Shown piece by piece: positions 30,117 through 39,574 of a stretch of 64,000 bases of DNA (positions are counted from its first letter, which is position 1; each line of letters opens with the position of its first letter). Made by a program: the position numbers and the translations under genes. This stretch comes from Bradymonadia bacterium (GTDB taxonomy: Bacteria; Myxococcota_A; Bradymonadia; UBA7976; UBA1532), in the NCBI GenBank assembly GCA_046290225.1, contig JBKAGE010000035.1, forward strand, positions 416,001-480,000, in the 5' to 3' direction. The notes beneath the pieces were generated by a model. The model had not been told where the DNA came from, made no database searches, and was given only the letters and a program-made list of their open reading frames with translations.

Positions 30117-32813
30117 CTAAGGGCGACCCCAAATCTGAAATACTGACCTCACCTCGGGATCTTTACGTGCGAGGGTAGAGATCGCTTTACGAAAAGCCTT
30201 TCCTGGCTCGCTGAGGCCTCCGTGACCGTAGAAAAGTCGAGTAAATTCAGAGCTGAGTCGATCATCCACGTCTCTGCTGGTCGACACCACGGTGCGGGTG
30301 CCCGACGCCAGAAAAACTTCGGGCAGCCCGATCGACTCGTGTTGACTCAGCTCACCCTGAGCGCCTGTCCTGCACCCCGAGAGCACAGCCAGTCTGGCCC
30401 TGGGCTGGATCGAAATGAGCTCGGCCAGGGTGAGCTTCTCTTCACCTGAGAGCTTGAGGTTGATCTTCCAGGGCTGTCGCGAGAGCAGCGCGCCGTGACC
30501 TGCGAAGTGAAACAGAGTGGTGCGCCCCAAACTGCGCGCGATCTCACCCTTTGCCGTCTGATGATCCATGAGGTGGTGCTCGACCTTGAGCGCCTTGAGG
30601 TGATCCGACAGCCAGTGACCTTCTCTGCGGGCGAAGGGTAGATCCTGGTTTGGGTCCATCACGATGACTGGCTGACCAGTGAATTTGACGTCATCCAAGT
30701 TCGACAGTGTTGAGATGGACGGCAACAGACTGATCGAGTGCTCGGGGAACACCAGGTGGCCTCGAAAGGCTTCGTGTTTTCTGTTTGGCACGAAGAAATG
30801 GTGCCTTGCGGCGCCCTCGGTGACTTGTGCGCTGAGGGCGGCGAGCGTCGGCGCGTACTTCACCTGTGTTTTGTCGATGTAGTACGTCTCCCAGTCACGC
30901 CCATCTGGCTTGAAGAAGATGATCGCTTCACCCTCTTCGAGCGAGCTGACGTGATGATCGAAGTAGGACGCCAGCGTACGATCGACGCCTCGTTGGCCGG
31001 CCTCTGCATATTGTTTGTCGAGAGATGACAGCAGTTTGTCTATTCGGTCAGACTCCGCGCGCCTTCGCCGTTTGAGCGCGTCAGCTGACATCAAATCATT
31101 CGATGCCGTCTCTTGCTCCAGTAGAGCGTTAGAAGGTGTGTTTGCTTTGTTGACCGCGAGGTGGCTGATGATCCTGTTGCTGGACAAATCATACAGAGAG
31201 ATCGCCTCTTTCAGATGATCTGAGCTGATCAGCTGATCTGCAAAATGATGAATGAATCTAGATTGGTTGCTGTATATCAGGCTCTTGGAATGGCTGAAGT
31301 CGGCCTTCCTGGCCGAGTCATTCAGGTGCGCCCACGCTTCGTTCAACAGAGCGAGCGTCTCCTCTGGGCGAGAGAGGCCCTGATTGATCTCGGAGATCGT
31401 GCTCTTGGCGATGAAGTTGTAGTAGGTGTTCAGGCCATCAGGGCCATTCTGAGAGGCGTTGACGAGCTGAAACAGTAAGGCTGTTGATGCCTCCTCATGC
31501 CCGAAGTCTCTCATGATCATCGAGAGCGTCAGGATCGAGAAGAGCCTGTCATCCAAGGTTGTTTTGTCGTCATGAATCTGATCGATGATTTGCTCAATGG
31601 ACAGGAGATCACCCGTTGCCAGTCTGATTGAGCTGGATTCGGTCAGCATCAAGCTATAGGCCGAATCAAACCCATGCTTCATGGCAATGTTGAGTGCTGC
31701 GTTGTAGTCCTCTACCGATAAATCAAATAAAGACGAGCTTTGGTGTGCGACTGCAGCCTGGAAATATTCGTATCCTCGGGTCCGGTAGACTGTCATTTGC
31801 TCAACTGGGCTGAGAAATCCCAGGCTCGACTCGATGATCGAGCTGTACCCATCAATCGCACCCCAGCTCTCACCTATCATCGAATTGATCTTCGACATCG
31901 AATAGTTCGAGCTCAGGAAATACCGGAACATCCCGCTCATCGAAGCGATGCGTATGGACTCGAGGGTTTTTTCACCGGCGGAGATGATGTCTCCATCAAA
32001 ACGAGCGAGGACCCCGGCCTGGTATTGAATGGCAGCCAGAGCGCCAGAGGATGCCAGTCCAGCTTCATGGTGGTCGTAGATGTCGAGCGCGCGATCGAGT
32101 TGAGCCTTCGCGAGGCCCATCTGGCCGGTCGTCGAGTAAAGGTGGACCAGTGCAATACAGCGCTGGATGGCCTCGCTGACAGCCCCGACCTGCAATGCTG
32201 TGTCAGCGGCTGTTTTCCATGACTTGATCGCCGCTTCGAAGTCCTGGTTCTGAAAATGGATGCGCCCCAGCTCAACCTCGGCCCACATGCGATCCAGACC
32301 ACTGAGCCTGTCTCTCGAGTCGTTTAACAGGGACTCTGCTTCTGCGAATTTTCCGGCTCTGCGCAGGGCGATGATCGGCTTCAATTCAGGCACCTGGCTC
32401 GGCGCGTGAGCCCAGATCACAGGCCAACGTCGAGCTTGATGCTCACGCTGACTTGCTTCTATCCAGCCATCGCCCTCCCAAGACTCTGGCACGCCCTCGG
32501 TGAAGATCCATCGGTACTCTCCGAGCTGGATCTCTTTGAGCGCACCTGCCTCGCGTTCTCCATTGGGCCCCATGAACCATACCGATACAGAGATGGGGCC
32601 TGTGCTCAGCTGACCATCCAGCCGGATACGGGGTGTGCGTTGGGCATCGTAGATGGGCAGATAAGCCACACCGCGTTTGACCAGTGTGCGTGCGCCGGCG
32701 AGATGGGCCGGCAAAGCTCTTGAAGGCGCTGGAGGTGCAGAGGTGCGCTCAGAGTCGCAGCTGAGTAGAGCGACCGAGAAGAGCATGAGGATCAGATACG
32801 AGACACCATACAT
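30117..32813 (-). CDS. TPR + CHAT (caspase-like) domain protein with lipoprotein signal
   Basis: DPNQDLPFARRE, FHFAGHG (His), VLSGCRTG (Cys), GLPEVFLASG, VDD; TPR-like helices; lipobox LLSC; start may be 32846. Confidence 0.9.
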   Translation of the reverse strand: MYGVSYLILMLFSVALLSCDSERTSAPPAPSRALPAHLAGARTLVKRGVAYLPIYDAQRTPRIRLDGQLSTGPISVSVWFMGPNGEREAGALKEIQLGEYRWIFTEGVPESWEGDGWIEASQREHQARRWPVIWAHAPSQVPELKPIIALRRAGKFAEAESLLNDSRDRLSGLDRMWAEVELGRIHFQNQDFEAAIKSWKTAADTALQVGAVSEAIQRCIALVHLYSTTGQMGLAKAQLDRALDIYDHHEAGLASSGALAAIQYQAGVLARFDGDIISAGEKTLESIRIASMSGMFRYFLSSNYSMSKINSMIGESWGAIDGYSSIIESSLGFLSPVEQMTVYRTRGYEYFQAAVAHQSSSLFDLSVEDYNAALNIAMKHGFDSAYSLMLTESSSIRLATGDLLSIEQIIDQIHDDKTTLDDRLFSILTLSMIMRDFGHEEASTALLFQLVNASQNGPDGLNTYYNFIAKSTISEINQGLSRPEETLALLNEAWAHLNDSARKADFSHSKSLIYSNQSRFIHHFADQLISSDHLKEAISLYDLSSNRIISHLAVNKANTPSNALLEQETASNDLMSADALKRRRRAESDRIDKLLSSLDKQYAEAGQRGVDRTLASYFDHHVSSLEEGEAIIFFKPDGRDWETYYIDKTQVKYAPTLAALSAQVTEGAARHHFFVPNRKHEAFRGHLVFPEHSISLLPSISTLSNLDDVKFTGQPVIVMDPNQDLPFARREGHWLSDHLKALKVEHHLMDHQTAKGEIARSLGRTTLFHFAGHGALLSRQPWKINLKLSGEEKLTLAELISIQPRARLAVLSGCRTGAQGELSQHESIGLPEVFLASGTRTVVSTSRDVDDRLSSEFTRLFYGHGGLSEPGKAFRKAISTLARKDPEVRSVFQIWGRP

Positions 32814-33138
32814 ATCGGGAGGGCTACACTCCGAATCGAGCATCAAGCGGGTGACTGAGTATCGCCCTGATGCCGGCGCTTGTCACCTGTGGGGGGCCAG
32901 CGCCTCGCAGAGATGCGGGGGTGCAGAGGCTGGCTGCTCTGGTGGCCACGGCTGGCTCAGCCAGGCCGATCGATTTGTCGTGAATGGCTACTCCAGTGAC
33001 CACTCTCTGGGGAGCAGATCTGCCTGCATCAGGGGATGCTTCAACGGATTTCAAAGGTTTTCAGGCTGGATCGACCCTTGCTAACACCACCCGATCTCGA
33101 GCCGCCAGATGCGCGGCAGTGTGACGGGAGGCCTCATC

Positions 33139-36100
33139 ATGAGCCTGAGCAGAACATTTTTATCTCGGGGCGTGGCCCTGATCTTCATCGGGGCCCTCGC
33201 CGTTGGCTGTGCAGGCCAGGACCCCGACAACGACGACATCGACCGTGGCGTCGGTGGTGCTGGTGCCGGTGGTATGGCCGGCGAGGGTGGAGCCGGCGGT
33301 GCTGGCAACCGTGCCGGCGGTGGCCAGTTCGACTGCATCGACAACGATCGTGACGGTTACGGCCGTGGCCCTGGTTGTTTGGGCCCTGACTGCGACGATA
33401 ACGACAACCGCGTGAACCCCGTGGCCGTCGAGCAGTGCAACGGGGTGGACGACGACTGCAACGGGGTGACGGACGACAACCTCATCGCCCCTGATTGTGC
33501 CCAGCAGTTCGGTGTGTGTGCCGGTGCCCGCAAGACCTGTGGTGGCGCCGAGGGCTGGCTCGACTGCAGCGGCCCCGCGAGCTATGGCCCCCAGTACGAA
33601 GGTGGCTCCGAGAGCCTGTGTGATGGCCTCGACAACAACTGCGACGGCCGTACCGACGAGGGCTGCCCCTGCAACCCTGGCCAGTCCCGACCCTGTGGTC
33701 AGGCCGAAGGTGAGTGTCGTCAGGGCGTGCAGAACTGCAGCGACGGCGGCACCTGGGGCGCCTGCGAGAGCGAGGTTGGTCCCCAGAACGAGGTCTGTGA
33801 CGGCCGGGACAATGACTGTGACGGCAACATCGACGAAGAGGTCGGCGCCATGGCGCCCGACTGCGAGCGCACCGCCGGTGTCTGCGCCGGTGCCAGCGCC
33901 CGCTGCCTCGGCCAGCAGGGTTGGGGCGCGTGTGGTGCTCAGGAGTACGGTGAGACCTGGCGCGCCGAAGAAGGTCCTGGCGATTGCGATGGCCTCGACA
34001 ACGACTGCGACGGCAACACCGACGAGTCCTGCAACTGCCAGGATGGCGAGACCCAGCCCTGTGGCAGCAACATCGGCCTGTGCACCCCCGGCACTCAGAC
34101 CTGTGTGAACGGCGCCTTTGGTGAGTGCCGGAACGCTGTTGAGGCGGCCCCCGAGGTGTGCAACGGCGCCGACGATGACTGCGACAGCAACGTGGACGAG
34201 GGTGTCGAAGCCCCCGCCTGCGCCCTGAACCAGGGTGTCTGCGCGGGCGCTGTGCAGGCCTGCAATGGTGAGGCAGGCTTCGCTGAGTGTGATGCCGCCC
34301 GCTACCTGGCTCAGAGCCCCGCTTATGTCGAGGTGGAGACTGCCGAGCACTGTGACGGCCTCGACAATGACTGTGACGGTCTGCAGGACGAAGAGTGCGA
34401 GTGCGTCGACGGCGCCACGCAGGTGTGTGGCGTGAACGTGGGCGCCTGCACCCAGGGTGAGCAGGTCTGTGCCGGTGGCCGCTTCGGCGAGTGCTCCGGT
34501 GTGGCCCCTGTGGCCGAGACCTGTGACGCCGTGGACAACGACTGCGACGGCAACGTCGACGAAGAGATCGAGACCCCTGTGTGCCCCTTGGACCAGGGTG
34601 TTTGTGCCGGCGCCCGTCAGCGCTGCGTCGATGGCGCCTTCGGGGCCTGTGGCGAGCAGGAGTACGGCCCGCAGTACGAGGCCGACGAGGCCAGCTGCGA
34701 TGCCGTGGACAACGACTGTGATGGTGAGGTGGACGAGGGCTGCGGCTGTGTCGACGGCACCGTGCAGTCCTGTGGCAGCAACGAGGGCGCCTGCTCCCAG
34801 GGTACCCAGACCTGCGCCGGCGGTGAGTTCCAGCCCTGTGAGGGGGCCATCGATCCCGTGGACGAGCAATGCAACGGCCTCGACGACGACTGTGACGGCA
34901 ACACCGACGAGGATCTCGTCGGCCCCGCCTGTGCCCTGCAGGTGGGCGTCTGCGCCGGCAGCGTGCAGGTCTGTGGTGGCGAGGGTGGCTTCGCCGCCTG
35001 TGGTGCCGAGCAGTATGGCCCCCGCTACGTCGCCGAAGAGACCGACGCTGATTGTGACGGCGCCGACAACGACTGCGACGGCAACATCGACGAGTCCTGT
35101 GAGTGTGTCGTCGGCCAGCCCCAGCCCGCTTGTGGCACCAACGTCGGCGCCTGCGAGTCCGGGGTGCTGGTGTGCAACAACGGCGTCTTCGGTGAGTGCG
35201 AAGGCGAGGTGCCCCCGGTGGCCGAGCTTTGCGACGGCGTGGACAACGACTGTGATGGCAGCACCGACGAGGACATCCAGGCCCCTGCGTGCGCCCTGCA
35301 GGTGGGCGTCTGCGCAGGCAGCGTGCAGCAGTGCGCCGGTGATCTGGGCTTCGTCGAGTGCGTGAACGAAGAGTACGGCCCCAACTGGGTGGCCGAAGAG
35401 ACCGCCGACAACTGCGACGGCCTCGACAACGACTGCGATCTACTCGTCGACGAGGCCTGCGCGCCCCCGGCGGTGGTCATCAGCGAGATCTACTACGACG
35501 GCCCTGGTCGTGACGGCCCCAACGAGTTCATCGAGCTCGCTGGCCCGCCCGGGCAGCGCCTCAACGGCATGAAGCTCACCGCTTGGAACGGCAACAATGG
35601 TGAGGAGTACGCCGAGATCTCCCTCGACGGGCTGCGGATCCCCTTCAACGGCTTCCTGTTGCTCGTGGACGAGAACGCCAGCGAAATCATGACTGATCTC
35701 GCTGATGCCGTGCTGCCCAACGTCGATCTTCAGAACGGCCCTGACAGCCTCTGGCTCACGTGGAACGAGGACGAGTTGCTCGACGCCGTGGGCTATGGCG
35801 TCTTTGGCGAAGAGGACAACTTCCTCGGCGAGGGCACCCCGGCGCCTGCCGCCGTGGAGCAGAGCATCACCCGTGACGACAACCTCACCGACAGCGATGA
35901 CAATGGCGCCGACTTTGTCACCAGCGGCAACACCGCGGTGGGCGTGCCCACCCCTGGCGGTGCGCCGATCCCCCGGATGCACATCTCACTGCGCTGGGGC
36001 CTCGACGGCACCGACGTCGATCTGCACCTCATCCGTGAGGGTGGGCTGTTCTTCTCGGTACCCGACGACGCTTTCTACGCCAACCGGACCCCCGACTGGG

Positions 36101-36438
36101 GCGTGCTCGGTGACGCCTCGGACAACCCCCGCCTCGACCGAGACGACGTCGACGGCTTGGGGCCCGAATTCATGTTCTATCAGAACCCCGTGCCGGGCCG
36201 TTATCGGGTGGTGATCCACTACTGGGATGCCTTCATCGACGCCATGACCGCAGGGCCTGTGGACGCCACTGTGAAGGTCTTCATCGATGGTGAGCCGACC
36301 CTGACCCTGACGAACACGGTCACTGGTGAGCTGCCCTACTGGGGTGTGGCGGAGATCGCTGTGGGTGAGGATGGGATGATCATGGTTACAGAAGAGAACG
36401 TGATCAGCGCCGACATCTTGGAAGGCCCCCAGCCCTGA
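33139..36438 (+). CDS. Large Cys-rich repeat lipoprotein with lamin-tail-like and YfaP/DUF2135-like C-terminal domains
   Basis: Lipobox AVGC; about 12 CDGxDNDCDG repeats; VVISEIYYD..NEFIEL..LQNGPD; LRW..TDVDLH..LDRDDVDGLGPE. Confidence 0.85.
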   Translation: MSLSRTFLSRGVALIFIGALAVGCAGQDPDNDDIDRGVGGAGAGGMAGEGGAGGAGNRAGGGQFDCIDNDRDGYGRGPGCLGPDCDDNDNRVNPVAVEQCNGVDDDCNGVTDDNLIAPDCAQQFGVCAGARKTCGGAEGWLDCSGPASYGPQYEGGSESLCDGLDNNCDGRTDEGCPCNPGQSRPCGQAEGECRQGVQNCSDGGTWGACESEVGPQNEVCDGRDNDCDGNIDEEVGAMAPDCERTAGVCAGASARCLGQQGWGACGAQEYGETWRAEEGPGDCDGLDNDCDGNTDESCNCQDGETQPCGSNIGLCTPGTQTCVNGAFGECRNAVEAAPEVCNGADDDCDSNVDEGVEAPACALNQGVCAGAVQACNGEAGFAECDAARYLAQSPAYVEVETAEHCDGLDNDCDGLQDEECECVDGATQVCGVNVGACTQGEQVCAGGRFGECSGVAPVAETCDAVDNDCDGNVDEEIETPVCPLDQGVCAGARQRCVDGAFGACGEQEYGPQYEADEASCDAVDNDCDGEVDEGCGCVDGTVQSCGSNEGACSQGTQTCAGGEFQPCEGAIDPVDEQCNGLDDDCDGNTDEDLVGPACALQVGVCAGSVQVCGGEGGFAACGAEQYGPRYVAEETDADCDGADNDCDGNIDESCECVVGQPQPACGTNVGACESGVLVCNNGVFGECEGEVPPVAELCDGVDNDCDGSTDEDIQAPACALQVGVCAGSVQQCAGDLGFVECVNEEYGPNWVAEETADNCDGLDNDCDLLVDEACAPPAVVISEIYYDGPGRDGPNEFIELAGPPGQRLNGMKLTAWNGNNGEEYAEISLDGLRIPFNGFLLLVDENASEIMTDLADAVLPNVDLQNGPDSLWLTWNEDELLDAVGYGVFGEEDNFLGEGTPAPAAVEQSITRDDNLTDSDDNGADFVTSGNTAVGVPTPGGAPIPRMHISLRWGLDGTDVDLHLIREGGLFFSVPDDAFYANRTPDWGVLGDASDNPRLDRDDVDGLGPEFMFYQNPVPGRYRVVIHYWDAFIDAMTAGPVDATVKVFIDGEPTLTLTNTVTGELPYWGVAEIAVGEDGMIMVTEENVISADILEGPQP

Positions 36439-36442
36439 GCCG

Positions 36443-37708
36443 TCAGAGCGACTTCAGCTGCTCCAAGAAGGCGCTCAAGCGCTGCGAGAGATCAGTCGCT
36501 CGACCATCGAGCGACTGGGCCATCGACAGCAACCCCTGAGCCGACGACTCACCCTGCCTCACCTGATCCGTAGCGCCCTCGAGCTGTCGCGTGGCGTTCT
36601 GATTGTTCATCACAGCCTCGTTGACATTGCGGGAGATCTCCTGGGTGGCAGCCCCCTGCTCTTCAACGGCGGCTGCGATGCCCGTCGAGATGTCACACAG
36701 CTTCTCGATGGTGCCACCAATGCTGTTGATCGCGGTGGCTGCCTGACCGGTTGATCCCTGTATGGCACCGATTTGCTGGGCGATCTCTTCAGTGGCCTTG
36801 GCCGTTTGGCTGGCGAGGTTCTTCACCTCGTCGGCGACGACCGCGAAGCCCTTACCGGCATCACCTGCACGGGCGGCCTCAATGGTGGCGTTGAGTGCCA
36901 GCAAGTTCGTCTGCTCGGCGATCTCCGAGATCAGATTCACCACTTCGCCGATCTTGTCGCTGGCCTGCACGAGGCCTTCGACGATTTGGTGGGTCTGATG
37001 TGCTTCCTCTACGGCGGCTTGCGCCATGGCGGAAGACTCGGAAACCTGACGGCTGATCTCGTTGATCGAAGAGGCCAGCTCTTCCGAGGCTGCGGCCACC
37101 ACCTCGACGTTCTGAGTGGCCTGACCAACCTCAGAAGCAGAGTGGGTGATCTCCGAGGAGCTGCGTTGAGCCTGGCCCACCATGTCTTCGACAGAGCTGC
37201 GAACCCCCTGAGAGGTGCTCGCCACATCATCGACCACCGACTGCACTTCACGTTCGAAGTCGTCGACGGCTTTCACCACATCGGTGGCGATGTTCCAGGT
37301 GAGCACCGCCCAGAAGTAACGGCCACCCTGATCACGGACCGCGTCGATGCGCAGATCCATCCATTGATCACCGAGCTGAATACGGGCCTCGTGGGGCAAC
37401 CTGCTCGGATCTGCGAGCAAGTTGCGCTGGTGTTGAGGGTGCTTGTGAAACACATCGATGGAGACGCCCACCATCTGTCGAGGGTCGACGCCTGATGGCA
37501 GGACATGTCGCAGCTTGGTCAGCTCACGCATGCTCGCTTCATTGATGAACTCGATCATCATCGTCTTTGGATCACATGCGATGATGGGTGTGTTCACGGC
37601 ATTGAGCAAGTGGCCGTATTTGCTCGCATCCTGAGTTTGGGCAGCCGCCTCATCAAACAATTCGATGCCTGACTCTTCAGAGCCGCCACGGCGCATGAAA
37701 CCGAACAT
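36443..37708 (-). CDS. Soluble methyl-accepting chemotaxis protein with Aer2-like PAS domain
   Basis: [34 protein letters not shown] with [12 protein letters not shown]; no TM helix; GGGAGG before 37708. Confidence 0.93.
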   Translation of the reverse strand: MFGFMRRGGSEESGIELFDEAAAQTQDASKYGHLLNAVNTPIIACDPKTMMIEFINEASMRELTKLRHVLPSGVDPRQMVGVSIDVFHKHPQHQRNLLADPSRLPHEARIQLGDQWMDLRIDAVRDQGGRYFWAVLTWNIATDVVKAVDDFEREVQSVVDDVASTSQGVRSSVEDMVGQAQRSSSEITHSASEVGQATQNVEVVAAASEELASSINEISRQVSESSAMAQAAVEEAHQTHQIVEGLVQASDKIGEVVNLISEIAEQTNLLALNATIEAARAGDAGKGFAVVADEVKNLASQTAKATEEIAQQIGAIQGSTGQAATAINSIGGTIEKLCDISTGIAAAVEEQGAATQEISRNVNEAVMNNQNATRQLEGATDQVRQGESSAQGLLSMAQSLDGRATDLSQRLSAFLEQLKSL

Positions 37709-37977
37709 GAATCCCTCCCAGAGCCTTTTTGGGCGCATCAACCCTGTGCGCTCAACTGACTCTTGAACGGCTGGCTTGAGCTTCGAGGTGAGATCTGGGT
37801 TCTTATTTGATATTGATGATTTTTGATTGTTGCGAATGGGAAACAATGTCTTGGCTCTACTGACCAAAACGAGTCAGTTTCGTGTGTAGAAACCGTAACG
37901 TATGCCGGTCTGATGTGCTGTGAGTCGCTTGATCGAGGGTGGGTCTCGGGCGAGCTCACCCTCGATGTATGACTTGC

Positions 37978-38925
37978 TCAATAGAGGAAGTCGTCGTCCC
38001 CGTCCGAGATGGTGATCCACACGATGGTGTCGGCGGTGATGGCAGGGTTGAGGTTGCTGTGGGCCGTCATCAGCGACTCGGCATGCATCGGGCCGTATGC
38101 GATCACATGGAGAATCTGCTTCACCCACGCATCTTCAGGCTCCACTCGGGCAGAGCTGGAGAGTACGCCGAGCAGCTTGTCGTTGAGTAGATCCTGGGCC
38201 CGCTCCACGGGGTAGGGCATGTCAGGCGGGAAGATGAAGGCTCGGGTGACGCTCACGCCCACCTTGAGGCCGTCGATCTCGGTGAGGAAGTCGGTGATTG
38301 AGCCGGGCTCCGGCCGATAGGCGATGTCGTTTTCGGTCTTGAGCAGCCGGGCCTCTTCACACCGAGCGAGGACTTCGAAGGCAAAGAGCTCGGAGAACTC
38401 GGAGCTGCCGCCGGCATTGCCCGCCTCAAGGATGTCCTGCCCACCATTGGTGAGCAGGTCGAAGTCGCCCTCGTCATAGGGGTCGTCCCCGAAGTCGATG
38501 CGGTTCACCACCACCAGGGGCTCGGGGCTCATGAGCACCTCGGGGGTGAGCACCCCACATGTGCCCTCGATCCGGCCGAAGCCGTCGAGAGGTACGCCGG
38601 GCACCTCCATATCGGGCAGGGCCATATCTGGCGCCGCATCGGGCAGATCCATGTCGGGCACGACACGATCGGGGATCATCATGTCAGGCATCACGCCCAC
38701 CATGGCATCGCGCTGGATCTGCATGTCGGGCCGAGGGCGCGCGGCATCAGGCATGGGGGCGTTGAAGTCCGGGCGATCAGTCGCAGCGTCGAGATCGCCG
38801 GGGTTGGCTGCTCTCGGCCCTGCATCTCTCTCGGTGGAGGATGAGGTCTCACCGTCGTCGCAGCCGGAGACACACACAGCACAGCACAGCATCAACAGGG
38901 CAGGGGAGAGGACCGTCATGGGCAT
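37978..38925 (-). CDS. Lipoprotein with PDM-repeat linker and conserved-looking C-terminal domain
   Basis: Lipobox VSGC; PDM repeats; NAGGSS..SE, LLKTE, ITD, GVSVTRA, KQILH. Confidence 0.75.
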   Translation of the reverse strand: MPMTVLSPALLMLCCAVCVSGCDDGETSSSTERDAGPRAANPGDLDAATDRPDFNAPMPDAARPRPDMQIQRDAMVGVMPDMMIPDRVVPDMDLPDAAPDMALPDMEVPGVPLDGFGRIEGTCGVLTPEVLMSPEPLVVVNRIDFGDDPYDEGDFDLLTNGGQDILEAGNAGGSSEFSELFAFEVLARCEEARLLKTENDIAYRPEPGSITDFLTEIDGLKVGVSVTRAFIFPPDMPYPVERAQDLLNDKLLGVLSSSARVEPEDAWVKQILHVIAYGPMHAESLMTAHSNLNPAITADTIVWITISDGDDDFLY

Positions 38926-39100
38926 GGTGGCCTTCCTCGAATGATCTGCGTCGTGTTCTACACTGCAGTGTTCAGCGGGGCAATCGCACGTATATGGACC
39001 ATACCGAAGCCACGAAAAGGCACATCTATGTGCGATTGCCCTGGAAGGTCGGACGACCATGAGTCACAACTGTGATCTCGCACATTCATGGAGCTGATAC

Positions 39101-39574
39101 GTGGCCAATCGACCCGGACGCAATGACCCCTGCCACTGTGGCAGTGGCTTGAAGTACAAGAAATGCCATCTCGCTGCCGACGAGGCTGCTGCCGCTGCGG
39201 CGCGGAAGGCGGTTCAGGTCGAGGCGGAGCCCGGGGCACCCTCCATCACTCAGGCTGCACCGATGAAGACCGTGGAAGATCCCACGGTGAAGACTGCGGT
39301 GCTCATCGGCGCAGCGTCGTTGGTGCTGGCCATCGTCGTGGGCATCATGACCGACGCTTCGACGGGCTTCACCATCGCCGGTGCCGGTGGCCTGATCGCA
39401 CTGCTCTATGCGGGCCTGCGCAACCCGCCTTCACCTCACGAGAACCCCGGGGATCCGGCGGCGCTCAACTTCGGCATGTCTGGCGATGGGCAGGACGACG
39501 ATCAGCAGGGGGCACAACAGCCCCAGGTCCGCCGGCGCCCTCAGGGCCCTCGGCCACCGGCTCGCCGTCGCTGA
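39101..39574 (+). CDS. SEC-C motif membrane protein
   Basis: GRNDPCHCGSGLKYKKCH followed by two TM helices. Confidence 0.88.
   Translation: MANRPGRNDPCHCGSGLKYKKCHLAADEAAAAAARKAVQVEAEPGAPSITQAAPMKTVEDPTVKTAVLIGAASLVLAIVVGIMTDASTGFTIAGAGGLIALLYAGLRNPPSPHENPGDPAALNFGMSGDGQDDDQQGAQQPQVRRRPQGPRPPARRR

Noticed and set aside
30117..32846. Type III-E CRISPR Craspase locus
   Set aside because: No Cas7-11 or array; the CHAT protein appears exported
33160..34869. 569-aa minus-strand ORF
   Set aside because: Antisense shadow of the repeat lipoprotein
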